DNA from: Bacillota bacterium
GTDB taxonomy: Bacteria; Bacillota; Clostridia; Tissierellales; Peptoniphilaceae
Direction: 5' to 3'
Assembly: GCA_028724185.1 (NCBI GenBank)
Contig: JAQYDN010000002.1
Location: 18,979 to 82,978, forward strand
Length of the DNA: 64,000 nt
Below, piece by piece: positions 1-8,913 of the stretch. A model generated the notes under the pieces. That model was not told the DNA's origin and did not search any database. It saw only the letters and a list, made by a program, of their open reading frames with translations. The translations under genes were made by a program, and so were the position numbers. Position 1 is the first letter of the stretch; every line of letters begins with the position of its first letter.

Positions 1-1
1 C

Positions 2-643
2 AACATAAAGACCGCGGACGGAGACGCCAAGACGGGCGCTAAAAAGCGGGACAACGCCCGCCTCGATCAATTCGAGAGCTACTTCAAACTCGGACCCGCT
101 TCGAACCGCCTGCAACTCGCACGCCAGCGCGTCCTCGAGAAGGGCCAACAGGGCTTTCGCGGACTGCTCGGCGTCGGCGTCGTACTCAGTGCGCTCCCCG
201 TATTTTTCGCCTTCCGGCGAATCAGCGTGTTGCCGTTCATCTTTACCATCTTAAAAGTGGTGATCGACTTATGCGCTTTCTATTTTGCCAATAATGTCGC
301 GAGGAAAAATACCTACGTCGACGACGACGAGAGGTCGAGAAATATCGACAACCTTCTCCTCTGGATCTTATATTTAATTCCGACGACGATTGTTTTCTTT
401 ATCCTCCCCTCTTCGTTTGCGATGGGACGAACCGTCTTGGGTTCTGTCACCCCGCACATCTTAGTGAGCGTCGTATTGTATGTATGGGTCTTGTTCTTGG
501 CTCTTTCGACCGTCCAAGATCAATTGCCGAAGGGAAGCCGCACGGAATTTCTCGCGTGGTACGGCATCATCTTTATCAGCATTAACTTAATCGCGAAGCT
601 GTTTTGGATTATTGCCATTTTCCTTACGTCGACCTTTGCTTAA
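2..643 (+). CDS. Polytopic membrane protein, 5'-truncated by the window edge
   Basis: Frame is open from base 2 (NIKTADGDAK...) through the listed ORF 227..643; several hydrophobic segments; followed by a terminator. Confidence 0.7.
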   Translation, partial: NIKTADGDAKTGAKKRDNARLDQFESYFKLGPASNRLQLARQRVLEKGQQGFRGLLGVGVVLSALPVFFAFRRISVLPFIFTILKVVIDLCAFYFANNVARKNTYVDDDERSRNIDNLLLWILYLIPTTIVFFILPSSFAMGRTVLGSVTPHILVSVVLYVWVLFLALSTVQDQLPKGSRTEFLAWYGIIFISINLIAKLFWIIAIFLTSTFA

Positions 644-653
644 ACGAGCGATC

Positions 654-680
654 AAGAACCGTCATCGACGGTTCTTTTTT
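654..680 (+). terminator. Rho-independent terminator
   Basis: AAGAACCGTC-ATC-GACGGTTCTT stem followed by a T tract. Confidence 0.85.
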
Positions 681-710
681 GCTTTAAGGCGACATCGGGG
701 CGGAAAGCCC

Positions 711-739
711 TTGTACTCGACGAGAAAACTCATTACAAT
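711..739 (+). promoter_or_regulatory. SigA-type promoter for the aspartokinase gene
   Basis: TTGTAC-N17-TACAAT; RBS AAGGAGG precedes the ATG at 769. Confidence 0.7.
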
Positions 740-768
740 AGTGTAAGATTACGTTAAAGGAGGAAATT

Positions 769-2082
769 ATGTCCATCGTTTGTAAGTTTGGCGGCTCATC
801 CCTTGCCAGCAGTGAGCAATTTTATAAAGTCAAAGATATTATCGAAAGCAATCCCGACCGGCGATATATCATCCCCTCGGCGCCCGGAAAGACGAAAAAA
901 GGCGATCAAAAAGTCACGGATCTATTGATCCTTCTCTATAATATGACGGTTCATCACCTGTCGACCTCCGAGGTCATGGCGATGATCAGGGCGCGTTACC
1001 GCGAAATTATCGACGGCATCGGCATCGAGTTCGATTTGGACCGCGAGCTCGACAAAATCCTCGCCGACATATCCGGCGACCGAGTTAGAAAGGCCTATGT
1101 CCTCTCTCGCGGCGAATACTTAAACGGAAAAATCCTGGCGGCCTACCTCGGATTCGATTTCATCGACGCGGCCGACGTCATCGCCTTCGACGGCGACGGA
1201 CAGTGGGACGCCGAGACCAGCTACAAGGCACTCGAAGCCATGGCGAGCGAACACGAGTACGCGGTCATCCCCGGATTCTACGGCGCGACGCCCTCCGGTA
1301 AGATCGTCACCTTCAGCCGCGGCGGAAGCGACCTGTCCGGTTCGATCGTCGCCCGCGGCGTCAACGCCGAACTGTACGAAAACTGGACCGACGTCTCGGG
1401 TCTTCTCGCGGTCGACCCTGGCATCGTCGAGCACCCCAAAAAGATACGCCACATCACCTATCAGGAATTGAGAGAGCTTTCCTATAGTGGCGCAAAAGTC
1501 ATGCACGACGAGGCGATGTTCCCCGTCATCGAAAAAAACATCCCCGTCGTCATCCGGAACACCAACGCCAAGGACGACGAGGGCTCCTGCATTATGGCCG
1601 ATGCGCCCCACGACGAGGACGACGGCGATATTACGGGCATCGCGTGTCGCAAGGACTTCGACGTCATCAACATCGAAAAACTTCGAATGAACCGCGACCT
1701 CGGTTTTCACCGAAAAGTGCTCTCGGTCCTGGAGGCGAACGACATCTACTTGGAACACATGCCCTCCTCGATCGACTCGATTTCACTTGTCATCGCGAGC
1801 AAATACCTCAAAAATAAGACGGACCAGCTGATTGCGGAACTGCAGACCTTCACCAGCGCCGACCGCATCACCGTCGATCATAACATCACGCTGATCACCG
1901 TCGTCGGCCGCACGATGAAAAATAAGATCGGCATGAGCGCCCGCATCTTTACCGCACTCGCCAATGCCTCCATCAACATCCGCGTGATCATCCAGGGTGC
2001 TAGCGAAATGAACATCATCGTCGGCGTCGCGGACTCCGAAGCCGACCGCGCTATTCGCGCAATTTACGAGGCGACCTGTTGA
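769..2082 (+). CDS. lysC: Aspartate kinase with C-terminal ACT domains
   Basis: N-terminal VCKFGGSSLA, SAPGK, GE..NG, FSRGGSDLSG, WTDVSG motifs; ACT-like C-terminus. Confidence 0.92.
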   Translation: MSIVCKFGGSSLASSEQFYKVKDIIESNPDRRYIIPSAPGKTKKGDQKVTDLLILLYNMTVHHLSTSEVMAMIRARYREIIDGIGIEFDLDRELDKILADISGDRVRKAYVLSRGEYLNGKILAAYLGFDFIDAADVIAFDGDGQWDAETSYKALEAMASEHEYAVIPGFYGATPSGKIVTFSRGGSDLSGSIVARGVNAELYENWTDVSGLLAVDPGIVEHPKKIRHITYQELRELSYSGAKVMHDEAMFPVIEKNIPVVIRNTNAKDDEGSCIMADAPHDEDDGDITGIACRKDFDVINIEKLRMNRDLGFHRKVLSVLEANDIYLEHMPSSIDSISLVIASKYLKNKTDQLIAELQTFTSADRITVDHNITLITVVGRTMKNKIGMSARIFTALANASINIRVIIQGASEMNIIVGVADSEADRAIRAIYEATC

Positions 2083-2123
2083 TCATCTCGCCTTTTATAT
2101 TATAAAGTTATGGGGTATAATAT

Positions 2124-2203
2124 AGTTATATAGGGGTGCGCATTGCTGAGAGAGTCAAACTCAACCCTGTGAACTTGTACAGATAATGCTGTAAAAGGAA
2201 TAC
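2124..2203 (+). ncRNA. TPP riboswitch
   Basis: GGGGTGC..GCTGAGAG..AACCCTGTGAACTTG.ACAGATAATGCTG.AAAGGAA matches the TPP aptamer pattern; TATAAT at 2116-2121 upstream; thiamine salvage genes downstream. Confidence 0.92.
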
Positions 2204-2232
2204 GCCGATGCGCCTCTGCATCGGCTTTTTTT
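2204..2232 (+). terminator. Riboswitch expression-platform terminator
   Basis: GCCGATGC-GCCTCT-GCATCGGC followed by T7, directly after the aptamer. Confidence 0.88.
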
Positions 2233-2249
2233 GTTGAAAGGAGATTAGT

Positions 2250-2546
2250 ATGAAAGCAAGTATGGCCATCCAAGTCCTTCCCGTTACCGACGGCGGAGAT
2301 AAAGAAGTTGTTCGAATTGTCGACGAAGTAATCGCCGTCATCGCCGAGAGCGGACTGCACTACGTCGTCGCGCCGTTTGAAACGACCGTCGAAGGCGATT
2401 CCATGGACGAAATTTTAGACCTCTTAAAGAAATGCGAGGCTAAGGTCATGGAAGAAGGCGCCGATTCCGTCTACTGTTACGTTAAACTGTCCCACGGCAA
2501 AGATTCCATCTTGACGATCGATGAAAAAATCGGCAAATATCAATAA
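2250..2546 (+). CDS. Thiamine-binding protein, YkoF/MTH1187 (UPF0045) family
   Basis: 98 aa with MAIQVLP..VDEVIAVIAESGLHYVVAPFETTVEG pattern; first gene after the TPP riboswitch; RBS AAAGGAG. Confidence 0.85.
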   Translation: MKASMAIQVLPVTDGGDKEVVRIVDEVIAVIAESGLHYVVAPFETTVEGDSMDEILDLLKKCEAKVMEEGADSVYCYVKLSHGKDSILTIDEKIGKYQ

Positions 2547-3285
2547 ATTTTTTAGGGGAAGCATCTTCATCTTGATACTCTTGCTCCTATGGCAAGTGTT
2601 ATCGACCTCGGGATGGCTTCCCAATTATTTACTGCCCTCGCCGCTCGATGTCATCCACGCGTTTATCGGCGATTTCGAGCAGCTTATGATGCACTCACGC
2701 GTCACGCTCCTCGAGGCCGCGATCGGGCTCTTCTTCGGCATCGTGTCGGGCTTTTTATGCGCCTTTTTGATGGACCGAAAGCCGTTTATACGCGACGCCC
2801 TCTACCCTATCTTGGTGCTGACGCAAACGGTTCCCACCGTCGCCATCGCCCCGCTGCTCGTCCTTTGGATGGGTTACGGGATCGCGCCGAAGGTCGTCCT
2901 CATCGTCATCGTCACGTTCTTTCCCATGGCGGTCAACCTCTACCAGGGATTTGCCGCGGCCGATCGCGACGAGATTCGACTGCTTCGCGCGATGGGCGCG
3001 ACGTCTTCAGAGGTTTTCACATACGTTAAATTGCCGAACGCGCTCGAAGGCTTTTTTTCCGCACTGAAGATTTCCGCATCCTACTCGGTCGTCGGCGCCG
3101 TCATCGCCGAATGGCTCGGCGGCTTTCAAGGACTCGGCGTCTACATGACGCGCGTAAAAAACGCCTACAGCTACGACCGCATGTTTGCCGTCATCTTTTT
3201 AATATCATTTCTCAGTCTGCTCCTAATGGCCTTGGTCAACTACCTGCAACGGAAGACCATGCCGTGGAAACAGTCTGAGCGTTAG
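2521..3285 (+). CDS. thiX: HMP/thiamine ABC transporter permease (ThiX-like, SsuC/TauC family)
   Basis: LLPSP..V, QTVPTVAIAPLLVLWMGYG and EAA-like LLRAMGA motifs; TPP-regulated context. Confidence 0.85.
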   Translation: MKKSANINKFFRGSIFILILLLLWQVLSTSGWLPNYLLPSPLDVIHAFIGDFEQLMMHSRVTLLEAAIGLFFGIVSGFLCAFLMDRKPFIRDALYPILVLTQTVPTVAIAPLLVLWMGYGIAPKVVLIVIVTFFPMAVNLYQGFAAADRDEIRLLRAMGATSSEVFTYVKLPNALEGFFSALKISASYSVVGAVIAEWLGGFQGLGVYMTRVKNAYSYDRMFAVIFLISFLSLLLMALVNYLQRKTMPWKQSER

Positions 3286-3294
3286 GAGTTTACG

Positions 3295-4293
3295 ATGAAA
3301 AAAATAATACCATTTATCCTGGCATTATGTATGCTGACCATGACCGCCTGCGCAGGCTCCGGTCAATCCGCCGAAAACGGCAAAAAAGAAAAAGTGCGTC
3401 TGGTCCTGGACTGGACGCCGAACACGAATCACACCGGCTTTTACGTCGCCAAAGAAAAAGGTTACTTCGACGAGGCCGGCATCGACCTCGACATTCTTCA
3501 ACCGCCGGAGGGCGGAGCCGAAGGCCTCGTCGCCAACGGCGGCGGTGAATTCGGTGTCTCGTTCCAAGACACCATCGCCGCATCCTGGGCGAAAGACGAC
3601 CCGCTTCCCGTCACGGCCGTGGCGGCCCTTCTTCAGCACAATACATCGGGCCTGTTGAGCGCCAAAGACAAGGGCATCGACAGCATGGGCAAACTCACCG
3701 GCCACAGCTACGCGACGTGGAACTTCCCGATCGAACTCGCCATGATGAAGACCATGGTCAACGACGACGGCGGCAACTTCGATAAGGTCGAACTCATCCC
3801 CTCGAACGTCACCGACATCGTCGCCGCGCTAAAGAGCAACGTCGACGCCGTATGGGTCTACTACGGTTGGGACGGGATCGCGACCGAAGACGCGGGACTC
3901 GAGACGAACTATATTCCCTTTATCGATTCGCACCCCGAATTCGACTACTACAGTCCGATCCTGATCGCGAACAACGACTTCCTAAAAGACCACCCCGACA
4001 CGGCTAAAAAAGCTTTGGCCGCCATCGCAAAGGGCTACGAATACGCCGCCGAACACCCCGACGAAGCGGCCGAGATTTTGATCAAGTCGGCACCCGAGCT
4101 GAGCGATAAGGAAAACTTCGTCAAAAAGAGCCAAGCCTACGTCTCCAAGGAATACATCGCCGATGCCGACCGCTTCGGCGTGATCGACGCGAAACGTTGG
4201 AACACCTTCTATCAATGGCTCGCCGACAACAAGCTCGTGGAGCAAGCCATTCCCGAAGACTTCGGATTCAGCAATGACTACCTCCCCGAATAA
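3295..4293 (+). CDS. thiY: HMP/thiamine ABC substrate-binding lipoprotein (NMT1/THI5 family)
   Basis: Lipobox MTAC; LDWTPNTNHTGFYVAKEKGYF motif typical of ThiY/THI5. Confidence 0.9.
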   Translation: MKKIIPFILALCMLTMTACAGSGQSAENGKKEKVRLVLDWTPNTNHTGFYVAKEKGYFDEAGIDLDILQPPEGGAEGLVANGGGEFGVSFQDTIAASWAKDDPLPVTAVAALLQHNTSGLLSAKDKGIDSMGKLTGHSYATWNFPIELAMMKTMVNDDGGNFDKVELIPSNVTDIVAALKSNVDAVWVYYGWDGIATEDAGLETNYIPFIDSHPEFDYYSPILIANNDFLKDHPDTAKKALAAIAKGYEYAAEHPDEAAEILIKSAPELSDKENFVKKSQAYVSKEYIADADRFGVIDAKRWNTFYQWLADNKLVEQAIPEDFGFSNDYLPE

Positions 4294-5032
4294 CACCGTC
4301 TTAAAGACCTCGGGCATCTCGAGGTCTTTTGGCGGAAAGCGCATCTTGGATTCCGTCGATTTAAACGTCGAACGCTCGAAGATCGTCACGCTCCTCGGTC
4401 AAAGCGGCAGCGGCAAGACGACGCTCTTTAATATCCTCGCGGGACTCGATTGTCCCGATGCGGGCACGGTCGAGCTCTTCGGCGAAGACATTACCGGAAA
4501 ACCCGGGCACGTCGCCTATATGCTTCAAAAAGACCTCTTGCTCGCGCACTTAAAAATTATCGACAACGTCTCCCTTCCCCTGCGCTTAAACGGCAGCAGT
4601 AAAAAAGAGGCACGCGAAAAGGCCGACGGCTACTTCACGGAGTTCGGACTCGAGGGGACGCAGTTCGACTATCCTTCCGCGCTGAGCGGCGGGATGGCGC
4701 AACGCGCCGCCTTTTTAAGGACCATCCTCTTTTCGAAGGAATTGGTGCTTTTAGACGAACCCTTCTCACGGCTCGACGCCATCACCAAGCTCAATATGCA
4801 GAACTGGTATTTGGACATTAAAGAGAAGTATCGGCTGACGACCGTCTTTATTACGCACGACATCGACGAGGCACTTAGAATGTCCGACGACATCCACGTC
4901 CTCTCGCCGAAACTGAAGAGCTTTAACTACAGCTACCGCGTACCTTCGGGCGATCGCGAGGCATTTTTAGAATCCCGAGACTACCTCGAGGCGAAGAAAA
5001 ACATCCGAGCCGCGATTTTGGATTCTCAATAA
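4274..5032 (+). CDS. thiZ: ABC transporter ATP-binding protein (ThiZ-like)
   Basis: Walker A GQSGSGKTT, signature LSGGM, Walker B LLLDEPF, H-loop ITHD. Confidence 0.88.
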   Translation: MTTSPNNTVLKTSGISRSFGGKRILDSVDLNVERSKIVTLLGQSGSGKTTLFNILAGLDCPDAGTVELFGEDITGKPGHVAYMLQKDLLLAHLKIIDNVSLPLRLNGSSKKEAREKADGYFTEFGLEGTQFDYPSALSGGMAQRAAFLRTILFSKELVLLDEPFSRLDAITKLNMQNWYLDIKEKYRLTTVFITHDIDEALRMSDDIHVLSPKLKSFNYSYRVPSGDREAFLESRDYLEAKKNIRAAILDSQ

Positions 5033-5039
5033 AAACATC

Positions 5040-5076
5040 TATCCATTGGGGAATGCATCCTCAATGGATATTTTTT
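5040..5076 (+). terminator. Terminator of the thi operon
   Basis: TATCCATTGGGGA-ATGCA-TCCTCAATGGATA stem plus T6. Confidence 0.8.
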
Positions 5077-5141
5077 GCCGTAAAAAGGAGCCCGGCTTCG
5101 TACCGGACTCCCTTTAGTTTTTTAAACCTGTCCTGTCTCGC

Positions 5142-6527
5142 TTAGCTTTGCCGAGCCTTTTTCCTGTATCGCTCCATGCCGAGTCGAAAGCCGCCGGTCT
5201 TTCCCTGAATATACGAAAAGACCGCCACCATAAAAATCCCTTTCACCGCTTGAGAAATAGTCATCGCGAGCCAAATCCCCCGCAGGGCGAAGATCTTCAT
5301 CAAAACATACGCCATGGGGATCCTTAAAACATTAAAGACCGTCGAGATAAAGGCGGGATACCTCGTCAACCCCAGTCCGTTGAGCATGCCGCTATAACCG
5401 ATCTCCATGGCCATTAAAATCGTCGTCGACCCCAAGATCAAAAGGTACACTCGTCCTTCCTCGACGACTCTCGGGTCGTTCGGCGTAAACAGCTTAAACA
5501 AAAACCCACTCCCCAGACAGAGGACGGCCGTCGCGACAATTCCTATCGCGAGAATCAGCTTGGTACAAACTCTCTTGCCTTCCTCCAACCTTTCGTAGTT
5601 GCCCGCTCCGTAATTTTGTCCGAAAAAAGCCGTAAAGGCCGTCGCAAAACCTTCCGCACTCATCCACGAAATCGATTCGATCTGTGAGCCGATCGTGTAC
5701 GTCGCGATACCCACCGCCTTATACACCGCGATAAACTTATTCAGCCTCACCGAGACCAGAGAGTGGACGAGGCTTTGTCCGCAGGCCGGGAGTCCTAATT
5801 TGAGAATCTCCGAGATATTTTTTCCCCGGATCTCTCTTACATAATTTACCTCGGTGTACACCTCGCCGTGTCTATACCCTAAAAACAGATAAATACAGAC
5901 CCCGAGCGCCTGAGCCAAGACGGTCGCCAGCGCCGCGCCCTTAATCCCCATCTTGGGTATCGGCCCGAGGCCGAAGATAAAAATAGGATCCATGATTAAA
6001 TTAAATAAAAGCGCGACGATAAATGTCCTAAAAGGCGTCTCGCTATTGCCCTCTCCGTAGTAGTACGCGCTGAAATAAGGCATGAGAAAAGTAAAGATCA
6101 AACCTCCGGATATGACGGTGTGGTAATCCAGGGCCAGTTCAAAGACGGACGGTTCCAAGCGAAAGTAGCCGTAAATATCCCGCCTGAAGACGATGTAGAT
6201 ACACGACAACATCGCCCAGAGGACGAGCGTCAACTGAAGCCCCGCGATCGTGATCGCTTTGATTCGCTCAACATTCTGTTTTCCGTAGGCTTGCGCGAGT
6301 TCGACCGATACGCCCGTCTTAATAATTAAAGTGACGGCGTTGGCGATCCACATAAAAAATCCCGCCGTCCCCACGGCCGCGACCGCGTCGGTCGATAGGC
6401 GGCCTATCCACGCCAGATCGACCAAGTTATACGCCATCTGGATAAAGGCGATTCCCATAAGAGGCAGGGCCATCTTACTTATCGAATGAAATATATTCCC
6501 CTCCAATAATGTCTTCGATCGATTCAC
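5142..6527 (-). CDS. MATE family efflux transporter
   Basis: About 12 TM segments; N-terminal LLEGNI..ALP, NLVD..WIGRL, GNSETP, MGIKGAALATVLAQ, GQNYGAGNYER motifs. Confidence 0.92.
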   Translation of the reverse strand: MNRSKTLLEGNIFHSISKMALPLMGIAFIQMAYNLVDLAWIGRLSTDAVAAVGTAGFFMWIANAVTLIIKTGVSVELAQAYGKQNVERIKAITIAGLQLTLVLWAMLSCIYIVFRRDIYGYFRLEPSVFELALDYHTVISGGLIFTFLMPYFSAYYYGEGNSETPFRTFIVALLFNLIMDPIFIFGLGPIPKMGIKGAALATVLAQALGVCIYLFLGYRHGEVYTEVNYVREIRGKNISEILKLGLPACGQSLVHSLVSVRLNKFIAVYKAVGIATYTIGSQIESISWMSAEGFATAFTAFFGQNYGAGNYERLEEGKRVCTKLILAIGIVATAVLCLGSGFLFKLFTPNDPRVVEEGRVYLLILGSTTILMAMEIGYSGMLNGLGLTRYPAFISTVFNVLRIPMAYVLMKIFALRGIWLAMTISQAVKGIFMVAVFSYIQGKTGGFRLGMERYRKKARQS

Positions 6528-6622
6528 GCCTCCCCCTTTCTTGTTAACTATACGTAATTTTAACGAATCTTAATTTGTATCCTTTCCGCATTGATATTTT
6601 TCACTATTAAACACAACTTTTA

Positions 6623-8419
6623 TTAGAGTGAAAAATAGTACTCCCTAATATACTCGGACATTTTATCTCTCCTCAACTCGAGGAAACGATGATAGTCATT
6701 TATATCCATGTCGACTATTTCTTCAGGTATCGCATTTTCTCTCAAATTTGCTCGCAAGTCATCGATATCATCGATACCGCCATATATTTGTTTATCGTCG
6801 TGCATCTGATCGAGGATTTGTTGCATATAATTGTGCGGCGCTTTATCCCCTATTCGGACGTTTATCTCGGATTGCGTATAGACGTAATTTGCCACCTGAT
6901 TGTAGTCGTTTTTATTCGTTATTCCATATCTCTTCAAATAATTTTTCGGAAAGACATGGTGGATATCTCCTCTCTCTTCGACTAATGATTTGACCTCAAT
7001 TTGTTTAGATAAAAAACCTCGTGCTCCATTTTTAATTTGAGCCATAATATATACATTGAAAGAAGGATTACTTCTAACGGAATACATCAGATTTGATTGA
7101 AGAACATTTTTCCAAAAAGCTTCAGATAGTTCGCCTTCCTCTATACGTTGTAAATAGACCTCCGGATCGTATTTATCGAAACGCCGAATATCATACTCGA
7201 AGCGAGACTCGGGCGAGCCGGAGTAACGACTCGTTAAAATACACAACACGAGCCATTTTCGAACCACTTTCTCAATAATATGCGGTTCCACTTTATCCGC
7301 TCGAAGAGATAAATAGAGCGCATATGCGAAATTAAGAGCGTTTTGAGAGCGCACAAGCGATTTATCAACGACACCGGCGGAATGAAGAATCATAATAAAA
7401 CGCTTGAAATTGGTTTCATTAACGTAATCTTCAACTCCTTCTTTTAATTTTTTAAAAGACTGCTCAGCGATAGCCTGCTTATTTTCTCTCGTCTCAAAGT
7501 CTCTTCCGGATAACAAACTCACCAGATCAGAAATTTTTCCTCTCTTAAATTTGTATGTAAACGCAACTCTGAGGACGTCCGAATAACTCGGAAGATAGAT
7601 ATCTTGTTTGTCATAAATTGCCCACTTAATTTTTCGACTTTCGTCCATAACAGAAAATTCTTTATCGTTAGAAATAATCGCTTCATAGTCCATAGGCCTT
7701 TGCCAAAAATGACAAAAATACTCTATCATCTTGCGTATAATGGGTCCGCCGAACATCGAATCGGACGATATCTTCGACATTGCGAAGTCCGCACTCGACA
7801 GGACGACACCTTGTGAATTAATCCTAATAAAAATCTCGGTTACTTCCTCAATCGATAAACTGTCGGAAAGTTCGATCACACCCAAATTAATATTTTTAAT
7901 TGCATCCAATTTGCTCATTCTCTTAGCGACTTTATCTTCCTCTCCGACGAGATCATTCTTCTTACAATATTCAGAAATGAAACTCCACTCCGAATAATTT
8001 TCTGAAAAAATCTCGCTAATATCTGAAATCCATTCCGAATTTTTAACAATTGCCGCATTTGAAACTTCAAATTTTTCTTCCATCGGGTGAAACGCGATTT
8101 TAATTCTTCGCTTTTGATAATTTTTGTCAATAATAGGATGTCCCGCCAGTGCTGCTTCAATGGCGGTTATCCTCTGCTGTCCGTCGATGAGAATTTTCTT
8201 TCCCTTAGAAAGGGTGCCATCTTTCAATACGACATCGGGATTTTTCCATATGATCAAGTACCCTACCGGATAACCCTTATATAGAGAATCCACTAAATCT
8301 CTTACTTTTGTTCCCTTCCAGACAAACGGTCTTTGAATTTCAGGGATGGCAATCTCATCAGAATGGATCCACCCCATGATATTTTTAACCTGTGTATTAT
8401 ACACGTCGAATTGAGACAT
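6623..8419 (-). CDS. DUF262 (ParB/Srx-like NTPase) plus C-terminal HNH-like domain; GmrSD-type putative Type IV restriction enzyme
   Basis: IPEIQRPFVW, LIDGQQR and FIRINSQG DUF262 motifs; C-terminal DIHHVFPK..ANY..INVRIGDKAP resembles DUF1524/HNH; AT-rich relative to flanks. Confidence 0.8.
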   Translation of the reverse strand: MSQFDVYNTQVKNIMGWIHSDEIAIPEIQRPFVWKGTKVRDLVDSLYKGYPVGYLIIWKNPDVVLKDGTLSKGKKILIDGQQRITAIEAALAGHPIIDKNYQKRRIKIAFHPMEEKFEVSNAAIVKNSEWISDISEIFSENYSEWSFISEYCKKNDLVGEEDKVAKRMSKLDAIKNINLGVIELSDSLSIEEVTEIFIRINSQGVVLSSADFAMSKISSDSMFGGPIIRKMIEYFCHFWQRPMDYEAIISNDKEFSVMDESRKIKWAIYDKQDIYLPSYSDVLRVAFTYKFKRGKISDLVSLLSGRDFETRENKQAIAEQSFKKLKEGVEDYVNETNFKRFIMILHSAGVVDKSLVRSQNALNFAYALYLSLRADKVEPHIIEKVVRKWLVLCILTSRYSGSPESRFEYDIRRFDKYDPEVYLQRIEEGELSEAFWKNVLQSNLMYSVRSNPSFNVYIMAQIKNGARGFLSKQIEVKSLVEERGDIHHVFPKNYLKRYGITNKNDYNQVANYVYTQSEINVRIGDKAPHNYMQQILDQMHDDKQIYGGIDDIDDLRANLRENAIPEEIVDMDINDYHRFLELRRDKMSEYIREYYFSL

Positions 8420-8504
8420 ATCTTCACCACCTAACTGTAAATAAGCAAGTATATTATATCAAATATGTCGGTCCCTTAATTCTACACTCCTTCATATAAA
8501 CATC

Positions 8505-8540
8505 AAAAAAGGCGATCAGCTTTGCGCTAATCGCCTCTTC
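8505..8540 (-). terminator. Terminator after the CD1845-like gene
   Basis: On the minus strand GGCGATTAGC-loop-GCTGATCGCC (one mismatch) followed by T6. Confidence 0.7.
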
Positions 8541-8552
8541 TCTTGTTTTATG

Positions 8553-8834
8553 TTATATGGATCCTATCGCCCGATTGATGCCCCTTAAACACCCGACGAC
8601 GGCATCTCCCACCAACGTTATGCCGTAGGGACCGAGCAAAAATCCCACGACGGCGGCTGAAATCGCCGTCGACGGATCGTTTTTTAAAAAGAATACGACG
8701 GCGACCAATACACACAGACCCATAAACAGACGAAGAATCGCCTTACCTATATGCAAAAAGATCGACAAAACCAGCGTCAACGCGCCCAAACACACTCTTA
8801 CGGGAAAAAGGATTATTCTTAAAATCCACCTCAT
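8553..8834 (-). CDS. Small membrane protein, CD1845 family-like (normally an ICE gene)
   Basis: MRWILRIILFP start, hydrophobic core and GFLLGPYG..GINRAIGSI end resemble CD1845-family proteins as I recall them; RBS AAGGGGG. Confidence 0.65.
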   Translation of the reverse strand: MRWILRIILFPVRVCLGALTLVLSIFLHIGKAILRLFMGLCVLVAVVFFLKNDPSTAISAAVVGFLLGPYGITLVGDAVVGCLRGINRAIGSI

Positions 8835-8913
8835 CTTGTTTCCCCCTTACTCCCAACCGTTTTCGATCGCACTCGGAGCGGTTTCGCTCACCCGTCGACG
8901 TGAAGGTCGACGC

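Noticed and set aside
681-768. Lysine riboswitch upstream of aspartokinase
   Set aside because: The promoter lies about 30 nt from the start codon, leaving no room for an aptamer.
6528-8913. att-like direct repeats (TCCCCCTT) flanking the DUF262-CD1845 patch
   Set aside because: Both copies are simply the reverse-complement Shine-Dalgarno sequences of adjacent genes.
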